Origin: Candidatus Bathyarchaeia archaeon
GTDB taxonomy: Archaea > Thermoproteota > Bathyarchaeia > Bathyarchaeales > Bathycorpusculaceae
Reading direction: 5' to 3'
NCBI GenBank assembly: GCA_038883795.1
Contig: JAVZLK010000003.1
Coordinates: 64,001 to 128,000 of the forward strand
DNA length: 64,000 nt
Position 1 is the stretch's first letter. Every line of letters begins with the position of its first letter. Below, one piece after another: positions 37,568 to 46,940 of the stretch. The translations under genes were made by a program, and so were the position numbers. A model generated the notes under the pieces. The model saw only the letters and a list, made by a program, of their open reading frames with translations, did no database searches and was not told the DNA's origin.

Positions 37568-38441
37568 TGCACAAGAGGAAGAGTATTGGAATAAAGTAGC
37601 CATTGAAGCAGAGAAAGAAGAGCTACAAAAAAGAGTGGAAAAATGGCATAAAGCCGCAAAAAATTGGCTTGCACATTACAGCGATAAAAAGACACGGGAC
37701 TTTATTGTCCAAACGATTAAGAATCATGTAAAGCTAAAAAATGGCGCAAGAATTTTAGATGTGGGATGTGGAGCTGGAAAATGGGTAAATCTTTTTGCTG
37801 AAATGGGATTTGAAACCGTTGGGATAGATTCCAGCCCGTGGATGATTAGGTTAGCAAAGAGCAGAGTGAAAACAACTCTTCAGAGCAGAATTAAATTTTA
37901 TGTGATGAACGTTGCAGAGTTAAAGTTTCCAGATGATTCTTACGACATGACAAATTGCGTCACCGTTCTCCAGCACATTTTCGATGATACTCGCTGGAAA
38001 AGGGCAGTGTACGAGATGGTTAGAGTTACAAAACCTTGCGGCTACATACTCATTTTTGAAGCTGCCCCTTCATTTATTTTGAAAAGGCGTACGCCACGTT
38101 TACGGTTTAGGAGTATGAAAGAGTACATAAGCGAGTTTAAAAGTGCCGGAGCACGTCTCACCTATTGGAGAGCAACCGACCTCTCATTTCCAATAACCTT
38201 TTTAGGTTTAAGAAAATACGCAGCTTCTTTCAGCAAAAGAGTTTATTACTATTTTGCAGGCGAGCTTCCAATGTTTCCGCCAAGTTTTTTGTCTGCCCTT
38301 TCAAGAGCCGCCGCAATTTTGGCTGAACCAATAGATTACCGTCTTAGCGAATCTCCTTTAAGTGTTCTTTCCGTTGGAAAGATTTTGTTATTTAGAAAAT
38401 TGCAATATGATATTCGGCTTCGGAAACTGAAGACTGCTTAA
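37557..38441 (+). CDS. Class I SAM-dependent methyltransferase
   Basis: ILDVGCGAG, GIDSS, VLQHI, RVTKP; start refined to ATG 37557 after GGAGG. Confidence 0.88.
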   Translation: MVPSAQEEEYWNKVAIEAEKEELQKRVEKWHKAAKNWLAHYSDKKTRDFIVQTIKNHVKLKNGARILDVGCGAGKWVNLFAEMGFETVGIDSSPWMIRLAKSRVKTTLQSRIKFYVMNVAELKFPDDSYDMTNCVTVLQHIFDDTRWKRAVYEMVRVTKPCGYILIFEAAPSFILKRRTPRLRFRSMKEYISEFKSAGARLTYWRATDLSFPITFLGLRKYAASFSKRVYYYFAGELPMFPPSFLSALSRAAAILAEPIDYRLSESPLSVLSVGKILLFRKLQYDIRLRKLKTA

Positions 38442-38490
38442 AGCTCTTTTCTTCAGCCCAGAATTTATCAGAAAGACGGAAGGAAACTGC

Positions 38491-39237
38491 ATGAAATGCT
38501 TCATAATTTTGCCGTGCTTCAATGAGGAAAATAACATTAAGCCACTTATTCACTCTATAGACGAAGCCTTAAAGCCTCACATTCCCTATAAGATTATTGC
38601 AGTGAACGATGGAAGCTATGACAGGACAGGTGAAGTTCTTAAAGACCTTTCCGCCAACTATCCAATCGAAATTCTTGGACATGAAACTAACATGGGTTTA
38701 GGCGCTGCTCTCAAAACTGGCTTGCTTGCAGTAGCCAATGAAGCCTTAAATGAAGATTTTGTTGTTATCATGGATTCAGACAACACCCATGATCCAAAGC
38801 ATGTCTTAGAAATGTTGGCCGCTGCAGAAGACGCTGATATTGTAGTAGGTTCTCGTTATATAAAAGGAGGAGTACAGCTACATGTTCCCTTACATCGAGT
38901 AATTCTTAGTAAAACCGTGAACTTTCTAGTTAAAAAACTGTTTCATTTATCCATTAAAGATGCCACGAGTGGTTTTCGGTGTTTTAGAGCTCGATTGTTT
39001 AAGATTTTACATGATACTTTTGGCGACAGGATTCTTGAGTCAAGGGGCTTTGTTGCCTCCCTTGAGCTTCTGCTAAAGGCTGCTCATTTTGGAACCACCG
39101 TCAAGGAAGTTCCTATTCTTCTGGATTATGGGAAGAAGGGGGGTGTTAGTAAAATGCGGTTATTTTCAACAATTTTTAGCTATCTTTCGTTAATTTTGAA
39201 ATTCAAGTTTTTGAATAGTTCGAAACATTTTAATTAA
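38491..39237 (+). CDS. Polyprenol/dolichol-phosphate glycosyltransferase (DPM1-like GT2)
   Basis: LPCFNEE, VNDGSYD, MDSD..H, VVGSRY, DATSGFR, SKM. Confidence 0.88.
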   Translation: MKCFIILPCFNEENNIKPLIHSIDEALKPHIPYKIIAVNDGSYDRTGEVLKDLSANYPIEILGHETNMGLGAALKTGLLAVANEALNEDFVVIMDSDNTHDPKHVLEMLAAAEDADIVVGSRYIKGGVQLHVPLHRVILSKTVNFLVKKLFHLSIKDATSGFRCFRARLFKILHDTFGDRILESRGFVASLELLLKAAHFGTTVKEVPILLDYGKKGGVSKMRLFSTIFSYLSLILKFKFLNSSKHFN

Positions 39238-39295
39238 TTTAGTTTTTTGTTTGAGTGATTTTCGGCTTTTATTCTAATTCTGAGTCAGAACCTCT

Positions 39296-39312
39296 AAAAA
39301 ATTTTTAATAAA
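39296..39312 (+). promoter_or_regulatory. Probable BRE/TATA of the S-layer-like gene
   Basis: AAAAAATTTTTAATAAA about 20-35 nt before ATG 39331. Confidence 0.4.
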
Positions 39313-39330
39313 CGCTTCACGCCATCATAC

Positions 39331-42300
39331 ATGACCCAAAGAGGAATGAAAATGGAAAAGAAAAACAAACTTAAAGCAGCAACTCTCTCAATAATAATTC
39401 TCTGTTCTATCATAGCCCTAATCTATCTAGAATCGTTCAACGTAAAAGCTTCCAAATCCAGTTACGATCCAGATTATCTGACAGTTTCCGGAGTTTTATC
39501 CACAGATTACTATGTGCTATTTCCCTTCGAAAAGAAAAACTTAACCATAGGCTTTTCCAAATACGGTGAGATGATAGACTACGAAACAAAGGTTGGATTA
39601 GATTATAATGATGAAACCGATCCATTTGCAACGGACCCAAGTCAAGTGTATGAGTATGAGTGGGTAAACGGTTGGGTAATCAATATAACTTATGTTCATG
39701 GAGGAGACTACTACAACAGATGGGCTTTTGCTCTTTACAGCGACTACTACAATGAAAATAGCATAGCTGGAGACTGGAGAGAAGGCGTAATAGGTGCAAC
39801 AAACACAACCTATCTGGGTGGAAGGAAAACAAATGGAGGAGCAGTAACCCAGCCGATAAAAGTTCTTTACAATGGACCAAGAAGGTTTGTCGCTTTACTA
39901 AACACAACAATCTACGAAGATACTGCCCATAATATTCCACTTGTAAGAATAACATTCACCATAGTCTTCAATAAAGCGGAAAAACAAGTGATTGTATTCA
40001 AGGATATAAAGAGAGTGGACAACAGAAAGGGAACAGGAGTAATGCAGATAGAGTTCAGCGAAAGAGGCCAGTGGGACCTTGGAGCAGGGAAACCGCCAAT
40101 GTCTTATGTATATATCCATACGCAGCAATCAACACTCTATAATGAAGAGTATCAAAGCTGGTATAACGGAAGCACCTCTGCCTACAAAGGAAAATATGAT
40201 GTGGTTCAAATAATCGATGATGACCTAAGCCATGTGGCTTGGGCGGCTTGGTGGCCAAGACCCTTGGTCAGTTATGTTAAAGCCATAAGCGCAATTGGAA
40301 GGGATAAGATTTTAACGACTTTCAGCACGAAAGTAGAGAACTTCACCGGCGACGGATCAACTACGGGTTTCACGTTAACTGGAGATCCTGATCCATACCC
40401 GAGAAACAAAACCAGCAATGGTTGGGATGATAGCCCCATGGTTTTTGTAGGTAACATTTACCAGATCGAAGGAATTGATTACACTTGGAATTCCGAAGCT
40501 AACAGAGTAATCTTTGCAAGCGCTCCGTCTAGTGGCGCCGCAATAAAAGTCATCTACAAAACTGATGCAGATAGCTTATACGACCCGGGTCCCGAACCTT
40601 GCGTTCCATTTGTTGTTGCCGAATGGTGCTGGGACACAGACGATGCCACCGACATGTTCAGAGCAGTAACAGTCTACGGAATAACTGATCTCCATGACGG
40701 AAGCGACGCAGACATCACTGGGGGATCAAACACTATTGATTCTGAAGTAGACTATTATTTGGACAGAGTCTTTAACCCCTATGACCTTTACAGCGCAGTT
40801 CATAAAGGAACAAGAAGATGGGTGGACTTCCACAACGTAACAAGCGCAGAAGTTACAGCACAAAGAGTCAGCTTTAACCTGACCCATAAACCAGTGATAT
40901 ACACAAGCGATTGGACGGACTATTGTCAATTTTCCGAAAAGGTTGAGTGGGATGGAGAACTAAAAACTCCGTATAGAGCAAGAAATACCTTCGGAGGATA
41001 CAATTACACATTCTACTATGATGAGAGCGACGGAACAGGCAACATAACCATAACCGGCGACAACGTTCCAGCAGCGGGAACCGTAATAAAAGTGCTCTAC
41101 TCAACAAACGCAACATGGGAACAAGCAAAAACAGATTTGGGAACTTTCGGAAACGCAAGCTTAACAGAGGATCTTTCGCTATCTTGGACAACGGTGACCC
41201 TCGTCCCGAATAATGCAATCAATAGCACCACGTGGACAGACCCGTTTGGCACAACCTATAACATCACAGTACTCTATGATTGCATGTCTGCTTTACCCTA
41301 CACCGCAAGTAGCACCGATGAAATCCGCTTGACACTGGACATAAAAGTCAGGCCCGAGTCAAGCTACGTCAAGGTTCACAATTCCACCTACTACGGATGC
41401 TGGATTAACGGTTCATTGACGCAACTTGTCTTCTACGGCAATATGAGTGTAATGTTCAAGGTAACTTCAAGTAACACCGTACAGACATACCGATTCAATT
41501 ACACAGAGCACTTGCACATTACGGGAGACATACTATTAAGAGTAAACCATACAACGGTATCTGGTGAGACTGACTATGAGATAGCCAACTATACAGTAGT
41601 CTACGCTAATCTAACAACGAGTATTGGCGGAAGCTACGAATGGATAATTGTTGGCAAAGATGCAGCCACTATAGACTCTTTAGGAGCAGCCTACGTAACA
41701 GAAGCCTTCGACTCAATAAAAGAGATTAAAGTCTGCGCGGCTGGAATGGATGTAAACGACACTTCCTTCGGTCCCTACAGTCCCTTTGTTATGGGCGGGG
41801 CATCAAGTGGTTCGAGAGCCGATTATAGGGATTCTTTTGGAAGATCAAGTTTGCAAGATGACTGGTGTAGGCGCATTTACGTATCCGGTGGAACACAATA
41901 TGTTTATCCGGGCTATCCAATTTCAACAAGCAACATGATCTTTGAAGGTGGACCCATCGCTCAGCTTGGAACAGAATACTTCAACGAATTTACAGACGCA
42001 TTCTTCGCATTCAGCACCTACGTTGTCAATGACACAGGGCACTCTAACAAGATTTTAGCACTTTCATGTTGGGCTCGAAATGCCACAGGAGGAGGCTACG
42101 CTGTAATAGCTGTCTATAAAGACTTGAATGGAACAATAGGCCTCGTAATATGGGGCTACAATGGAGATGACACATACTATGCAAGCAAGTGGTTCTGGGA
42201 TGGATTAGGCGGAACACCAGGAATAGTGTATCTGCAAAGCGAAAACCGTGGAGTTACGGCAATAGTTCTAAAAATAACCTATTCCAGTGCAGACCCAATT

Positions 42301-42366
42301 CATCCAACGGTAACTATTGTGGAACGCTTAGGAACGATAAGTGAAAAAGACCAACATGACCCATAA
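39331..42366 (+). CDS. Large secreted glycoprotein, probable S-layer protein
   Basis: Signal peptide; about 26 N-x-S/T sequons (hand count); C-terminal IIVGKDAATIDSLGAA / NMIFEGGP / LVIWGYNGDDTYYA motifs resembling archaeal S-layer alpha/beta domain. Confidence 0.65.
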   Translation: MTQRGMKMEKKNKLKAATLSIIILCSIIALIYLESFNVKASKSSYDPDYLTVSGVLSTDYYVLFPFEKKNLTIGFSKYGEMIDYETKVGLDYNDETDPFATDPSQVYEYEWVNGWVINITYVHGGDYYNRWAFALYSDYYNENSIAGDWREGVIGATNTTYLGGRKTNGGAVTQPIKVLYNGPRRFVALLNTTIYEDTAHNIPLVRITFTIVFNKAEKQVIVFKDIKRVDNRKGTGVMQIEFSERGQWDLGAGKPPMSYVYIHTQQSTLYNEEYQSWYNGSTSAYKGKYDVVQIIDDDLSHVAWAAWWPRPLVSYVKAISAIGRDKILTTFSTKVENFTGDGSTTGFTLTGDPDPYPRNKTSNGWDDSPMVFVGNIYQIEGIDYTWNSEANRVIFASAPSSGAAIKVIYKTDADSLYDPGPEPCVPFVVAEWCWDTDDATDMFRAVTVYGITDLHDGSDADITGGSNTIDSEVDYYLDRVFNPYDLYSAVHKGTRRWVDFHNVTSAEVTAQRVSFNLTHKPVIYTSDWTDYCQFSEKVEWDGELKTPYRARNTFGGYNYTFYYDESDGTGNITITGDNVPAAGTVIKVLYSTNATWEQAKTDLGTFGNASLTEDLSLSWTTVTLVPNNAINSTTWTDPFGTTYNITVLYDCMSALPYTASSTDEIRLTLDIKVRPESSYVKVHNSTYYGCWINGSLTQLVFYGNMSVMFKVTSSNTVQTYRFNYTEHLHITGDILLRVNHTTVSGETDYEIANYTVVYANLTTSIGGSYEWIIVGKDAATIDSLGAAYVTEAFDSIKEIKVCAAGMDVNDTSFGPYSPFVMGGASSGSRADYRDSFGRSSLQDDWCRRIYVSGGTQYVYPGYPISTSNMIFEGGPIAQLGTEYFNEFTDAFFAFSTYVVNDTGHSNKILALSCWARNATGGGYAVIAVYKDLNGTIGLVIWGYNGDDTYYASKWFWDGLGGTPGIVYLQSENRGVTAIVLKITYSSADPIHPTVTIVERLGTISEKDQHDP

Positions 42367-42378
42367 TTTTCAACAAAT

Positions 42379-42403
42379 CCCTCTTTTCTTTTTATATTTC
42401 CCC
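42379..42403 (+). terminator. Pyrimidine/oligo-T archaeal terminator
   Basis: CCCTCTTTTCTTTTTATATTTCCCC right after the stop, between convergent genes. Confidence 0.55.
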
Positions 42404-43657
42404 TCAAAATAGGCTTTTAAGCACCTCTAAATCTTTTTTGGCAACCTTTTCCCAACTAAATCTTTCAGAGTAAACCTTCGCATAACTGCTTAACCTATAC
42501 CACTCATCCTCATCGAGCTTTAAAACCTCCAAAACTTTTGAAACCATATTTTCAATGTTCTTTACTGGAACAGGGAAAACGCCTTTGCATCCTCCAAAAA
42601 CTTCCCTTAACGCAGGAATGTCATAGGCAACCACAGGTAATCCACAAGCCAAAGCCTCTGCAACAGCAATACCCCAACCTTCAAAAAGGCTTGGAAATAT
42701 GAAAACCTTGCTTGATTTTAACAAACTATAGAGTTCCTTGTCGCTGCAACGCCTCATCAAAAAAACATTTTTCTCCAAACCAAGCTTAACAACAGCTTCC
42801 TTAACCGCTTGAATTTCAAGTCCACTTCCAACAATCAAAAGTTTCGCGTCATTTCTTTTTTCAACAATTTTTTTCCATAAATTTAAAAGGTCAAATACTC
42901 CTTTTTCTTTGGCTATTCTGCCAACAAAAACTCCATCATAACGCTTCTCGCCATTAAAGGATGCGATTTTATTAATAAAGTTAACATCTACAGCGTTGCC
43001 ACTTACAAAAATTTTAACAGCAGAAACGCCATTTACCCTCAAAGCTTTAGCAGTAAAATTTGAAACAGCAATTATTGCCTTCGTTCTTTTTAAAAAAGAA
43101 AGTGTCACATAAAAAGTAAAAGTTTTAATTAAAGAAACAAGCCTGCTGTACTTTATGGTTCTATAACAATTATAAAGTGAAAAATTTCGTTTTGCGCCAG
43201 AAAATGGAATGTCAATATGGTGAACAACAACAACTAAAGGCAAACGCCAAACAGAAGAAACAACGTAACCTAAAAAAAGATTTGGCAAAGTATTATTCGG
43301 AACAAAAAAAAGATTTGGCTTTTCACGGCAAAGAAGAGAAAAACTTTTGAAGATAGCTTTTGCAACCCAAAAACCCCATCCAACATAATTGCTCAACCAC
43401 CCTTTTCCACAAAAAATAGAAGATAACAGATATTTTTGGCATCTGAGTTCAAATGCTCCCAAAAGAGTTGGCGCAGACTCTAAAACAGTAATTTTGAAAC
43501 GTTCACTTTTACAAAAAATTTTCATAGTTTCAACAAATCTTTTTTCAGCCCCTCCTAAGGCAGTTACTGAAACGCCAGGGTGAAAAAATATGACGAAAAC
43601 CCTTGAAATTGAAGCTTTATTCTTCCATGACTTAAAATTCTCGGCGTGATAAGCCAT
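42404..43657 (-). CDS. GT4 glycosyltransferase
   Basis: GGAE, VSNFT, FVGRIAKEKG, EGWGIAVAEALACGLPVV. Confidence 0.92.
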   Translation of the reverse strand: MAYHAENFKSWKNKASISRVFVIFFHPGVSVTALGGAEKRFVETMKIFCKSERFKITVLESAPTLLGAFELRCQKYLLSSIFCGKGWLSNYVGWGFWVAKAIFKSFSLLCREKPNLFFVPNNTLPNLFLGYVVSSVWRLPLVVVVHHIDIPFSGAKRNFSLYNCYRTIKYSRLVSLIKTFTFYVTLSFLKRTKAIIAVSNFTAKALRVNGVSAVKIFVSGNAVDVNFINKIASFNGEKRYDGVFVGRIAKEKGVFDLLNLWKKIVEKRNDAKLLIVGSGLEIQAVKEAVVKLGLEKNVFLMRRCSDKELYSLLKSSKVFIFPSLFEGWGIAVAEALACGLPVVAYDIPALREVFGGCKGVFPVPVKNIENMVSKVLEVLKLDEDEWYRLSSYAKVYSERFSWEKVAKKDLEVLKSLF

Positions 43658-43666
43658 TTCTATTCC

Positions 43667-44968
43667 TTAAAATTGGCTTTTCCATACTAGTTCACGAATG
43701 GTTTCCTCTAAAATTTTCATGTGTCTTTGACAGGAAAAATTTTCTTCCACAAAGCTTCGTGTCGTCTTAGAGGTTTCAGCCTTATCCATATCCGCGGCCT
43801 TCATGGTTTTCTCTGCAAAATCTTCAATATCATAAGGCTTGGCCCGAAAACCAGTCTTACCATCAATTACGGTTTCACATGGACCGCCACCATCATCCCA
43901 AACCACGGATGGGGTTCCACAAGCCATGGCTTCTACAGGGCCTAACCCAAAATCTTCTCTTGGAACAGAATAAACGTAAACATCTGCCGCATTGTAAAGT
44001 TTTACAAGTTCCTCTTGAGATTTAAATCCCAAAAACTTTACCCTTCCTTCTATCTTAAGTTTCTTGGCGAGCCTTAAGAGCGTCTTTATGTATTTGGCGT
44101 TTTCTTCGGAAATTTTCCCTGTCACAGCCAACATTGCCGAGGGAAAATCCTTCACTATAAAGCTCATTATCTCTAAAAGCCATTCCCAACGCTTCACCGC
44201 AACTATCCTTCCAGTGGAAAGGATAAAAGGCCAACCAAAATCCCTACGAACTTCTTTAACGATTTTTTCATCAAGAATTTTGAAAGTTTCAATGTCAACT
44301 GGCGGGTAACAAACTTTTGCTGATACCCCATAAATAGTTTTAATCCTTTTAGCCGTGAAATAACTGTTTGCCAAAACAACATCAGAATTCACAACGCCCA
44401 AGTAGTCTAACTCCTTCAATAATGGACTAGCAACTTTACTTAACCTAAAAATTATTTCACGAACATCATTAAATCTCCATAAAGCTCTTTCCTTATGGTT
44501 TAAATAGAGAAACCTTGGAGGCGAATGAATATAACTAACATATTTTAATCCTCTAAATTTTTTGTTTAAATACCCTATCCAAGGAGCAGGACCATAACCA
44601 TGACAAATTAAAACATCCTCCTTTCTAAATGTTGGCAGGGTTAATGGCGCAAAAGGCATTGACAATATTATTCTTATCGCTGGATTGTTGGGAATTAATG
44701 GAGAAAAGAAACTTTTAGTATAACAATGGGGGTTTGACGACTCTTTATGCATGCTCTTATCCACATACGCAAAAAAGCATTCAGCATCGTAACCTCTTTT
44801 ATGGAATAAGTCAACTTGCTTCAGAATTACTCTTTCAGCACCTCCAAACTCTTTCAAGTGACTATAAAGTATCGCTATTTTCAAGGAAGCCCCATCCCTT
44901 ACACAGCCGAATTTTGCGGCGGCTTTGTTTTTCCATTTATTTTGCCATGTTTGTGTCTTTTTCAGCAC
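43667..44968 (-). CDS. GT4 glycosyltransferase
   Basis: GGAERV, ANSYFT, YPPVD, EDFGLGPVEAMACGTP; exact start uncertain. Confidence 0.92.
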   Translation of the reverse strand: MLKKTQTWQNKWKNKAAAKFGCVRDGASLKIAILYSHLKEFGGAERVILKQVDLFHKRGYDAECFFAYVDKSMHKESSNPHCYTKSFFSPLIPNNPAIRIILSMPFAPLTLPTFRKEDVLICHGYGPAPWIGYLNKKFRGLKYVSYIHSPPRFLYLNHKERALWRFNDVREIIFRLSKVASPLLKELDYLGVVNSDVVLANSYFTAKRIKTIYGVSAKVCYPPVDIETFKILDEKIVKEVRRDFGWPFILSTGRIVAVKRWEWLLEIMSFIVKDFPSAMLAVTGKISEENAKYIKTLLRLAKKLKIEGRVKFLGFKSQEELVKLYNAADVYVYSVPREDFGLGPVEAMACGTPSVVWDDGGGPCETVIDGKTGFRAKPYDIEDFAEKTMKAADMDKAETSKTTRSFVEENFSCQRHMKILEETIRELVWKSQF

Positions 44969-45106
44969 GGTAGGGTTTTTTGTCTTTAAACGATTATTAA
45001 AAAGTTTTTAGGAGTTCAGACTCCGAACTCGAAACAAAAGAGAATCCAATAAACTTTTTTACTTCCATGCATCCTAATACAGCAAAAACCCCGAAAGGAA
45101 ATAAAC

Positions 45107-46234
45107 ATGAGCGAAACACCCACTGAAGGCGAAACCCAAATAACCCAAACAAACTTCGAAGAAATAACCAAACTTGTTTCCACAGAGTTCCAAATAGAAG
45201 AAGCTTTAATGGAACATAACATTCCAACATATTATCTGAAACAGCCGCAAGAAACAAAACAAGCTTTTCTAAGGCTGCTGAAAAATCTAGAACCAATAAA
45301 TTTTTTAGCAATCCTAAGGAAGAGGGACGGACGGATAGTTCTAAAAATTATTCCAAAACCCCATGTGAAGCCTAGTAACATTATGGTGAATTGGATACTA
45401 TTTTTTGCAACCATAGCAACAACCTTTGTCACAGGGTACATGTTTTCAGAAAACCTAATAAACCCAATAATTGGTGGAGCCACATTCACTATAGCTATAA
45501 TGGCAATACTGGGTATGCATGAAATGGGACATAAATTAACAGCTAACAAAAGCGGAATAGAGGCAACACCACCATACTTCATTCCTGGACCACCGCCAAT
45601 GGGCTTTTTTAGTATAGGAACCTTCGGAGCGGTTATAATGCAAAGATCTCTTGCACCAAACAAGGATTCACTCTTTGACATAGGCGCAAGTGGACCCATA
45701 ATAAGTTTTATTTTGGCTATGATTGCAACAATAATAGGTTTACCATTATCCCATCCAGGATGGGAACCCCGAGGCACACCAACTTTACCCGTTCCGCTTA
45801 TATTTGATCTTCTTGAGCTGGCGTTCCCATTTTTGACCCCACCTCATCAAACGGAACCTCCAGGACCAGGCTATATCCCCGTTATCTACTTGCATCCGAT
45901 AGCTATAGCCGGATGGGCTGGGCTCATTGTTACTTCGCTTAATCTTTTTCCTGCAGCAATGCTTGATGGAGGACATGTTTCAAGGGCATTGTTTGGCGAA
46001 AAAACTCGGACGGTGCTAACTTTTTTGTCTGTTATTGCGTTGATTTATGTGAGTTTTCCGATGGCTATTTTTGTTCTTTTCATGTCGATGTATAGACATC
46101 CGGGACCATTAGATGATGTCTCCAGCTTATCAAAAAGTAGAAAACTTTTGACAGTATTTTTGGTGGTTATTCTTGTGCTTTCTTCTTTCTTTCATTATTT
46201 GGTATATGCTTTGATTAGACTTCTGGGGCTTTAA
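45107..46234 (+). CDS. Site-2 protease (M50 intramembrane metalloprotease)
   Basis: HEMGH, GTFGAVI, DIGASGP, NLFPAAMLDGG. Confidence 0.92.
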   Translation: MSETPTEGETQITQTNFEEITKLVSTEFQIEEALMEHNIPTYYLKQPQETKQAFLRLLKNLEPINFLAILRKRDGRIVLKIIPKPHVKPSNIMVNWILFFATIATTFVTGYMFSENLINPIIGGATFTIAIMAILGMHEMGHKLTANKSGIEATPPYFIPGPPPMGFFSIGTFGAVIMQRSLAPNKDSLFDIGASGPIISFILAMIATIIGLPLSHPGWEPRGTPTLPVPLIFDLLELAFPFLTPPHQTEPPGPGYIPVIYLHPIAIAGWAGLIVTSLNLFPAAMLDGGHVSRALFGEKTRTVLTFLSVIALIYVSFPMAIFVLFMSMYRHPGPLDDVSSLSKSRKLLTVFLVVILVLSSFFHYLVYALIRLLGL

Positions 46235-46347
46235 GAGATGATTTGTATTCTTGTTGTGCGTTTAGACAGTAACGTTTATTAAATATTGCTATACTCGATA
46301 TCTTCTTGAAGAGACCTATCCAAACCAAAACATAAAAGGTGAACTGA

Positions 46348-46569
46348 GTGAAGGGATTAGCAATCTTAATAGCTTTCTTCTTACTTTTCACATCAGCCTC
46401 TCTGCTTATTCCTTCACCAATGTTTCCAGGAAACTTTTTCTGCGCATTAATAGGAGAAAGCGCAACTGAATATTCAGAATATTTAAGCGCCGTTTTTAAT
46501 GGAATCTTTTATGGTGTTATTTTGTGGTTGGTTTTTGTTCTTATAAGCAGAAGATTCGAAGAAAAATAA
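46348..46569 (+). CDS. Small two-TM membrane protein
   Basis: GTG start with AGGTGA SD; two hydrophobic helices; fills the intergenic gap. Confidence 0.65.
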   Translation: MKGLAILIAFFLLFTSASLLIPSPMFPGNFFCALIGESATEYSEYLSAVFNGIFYGVILWLVFVLISRRFEEK

Positions 46570-46579
46570 TCGCTTCAAT

Positions 46580-46828
46580 TTAGATTTCTGGTTGTGATAG
46601 GAAGCCTACAAGCCTAATGGTGCTTTTACACTTATTGCACATTAAAATCAATTCCGCCAGCTCATCACCCTTAACTTTGGTTTCAAGGATTTGATAAACC
46701 TCATCGGTCTCATCGTCTGGAGATATTATAGTTCCACATTTTGGACAGGGGAAAGCTCCATCTCCATCAATCTTTGTCAAATCAACTGTGTAAATCATGC
46801 CTTTTTTGGCTGTTGTTTTCTTCATCAT
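46580..46828 (-). CDS. Small Zn-finger protein
   Basis: FPCPKCG...CNKC; start refined to ATG 46828 after AGGTG. Confidence 0.72.
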   Translation of the reverse strand: MMKKTTAKKGMIYTVDLTKIDGDGAFPCPKCGTIISPDDETDEVYQILETKVKGDELAELILMCNKCKSTIRLVGFLSQPEI

Positions 46829-46940
46829 TTTGATGCACCTTTTCCTTTGAAGGGCATGGTTAGCCAAGAATATAATTAACAATTATGAATTAGTAATATG
46901 AATGCAAAATTCATTTACTGCATTTACGTATCAAGCACGC

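Noticed and set aside
44997-45777. Minus-strand ORFs 44997..45311, 45016..45222 and 45232..45777
   Set aside because: They overlap the site-2 protease on the opposite strand; their hydrophobic look comes from local base skew
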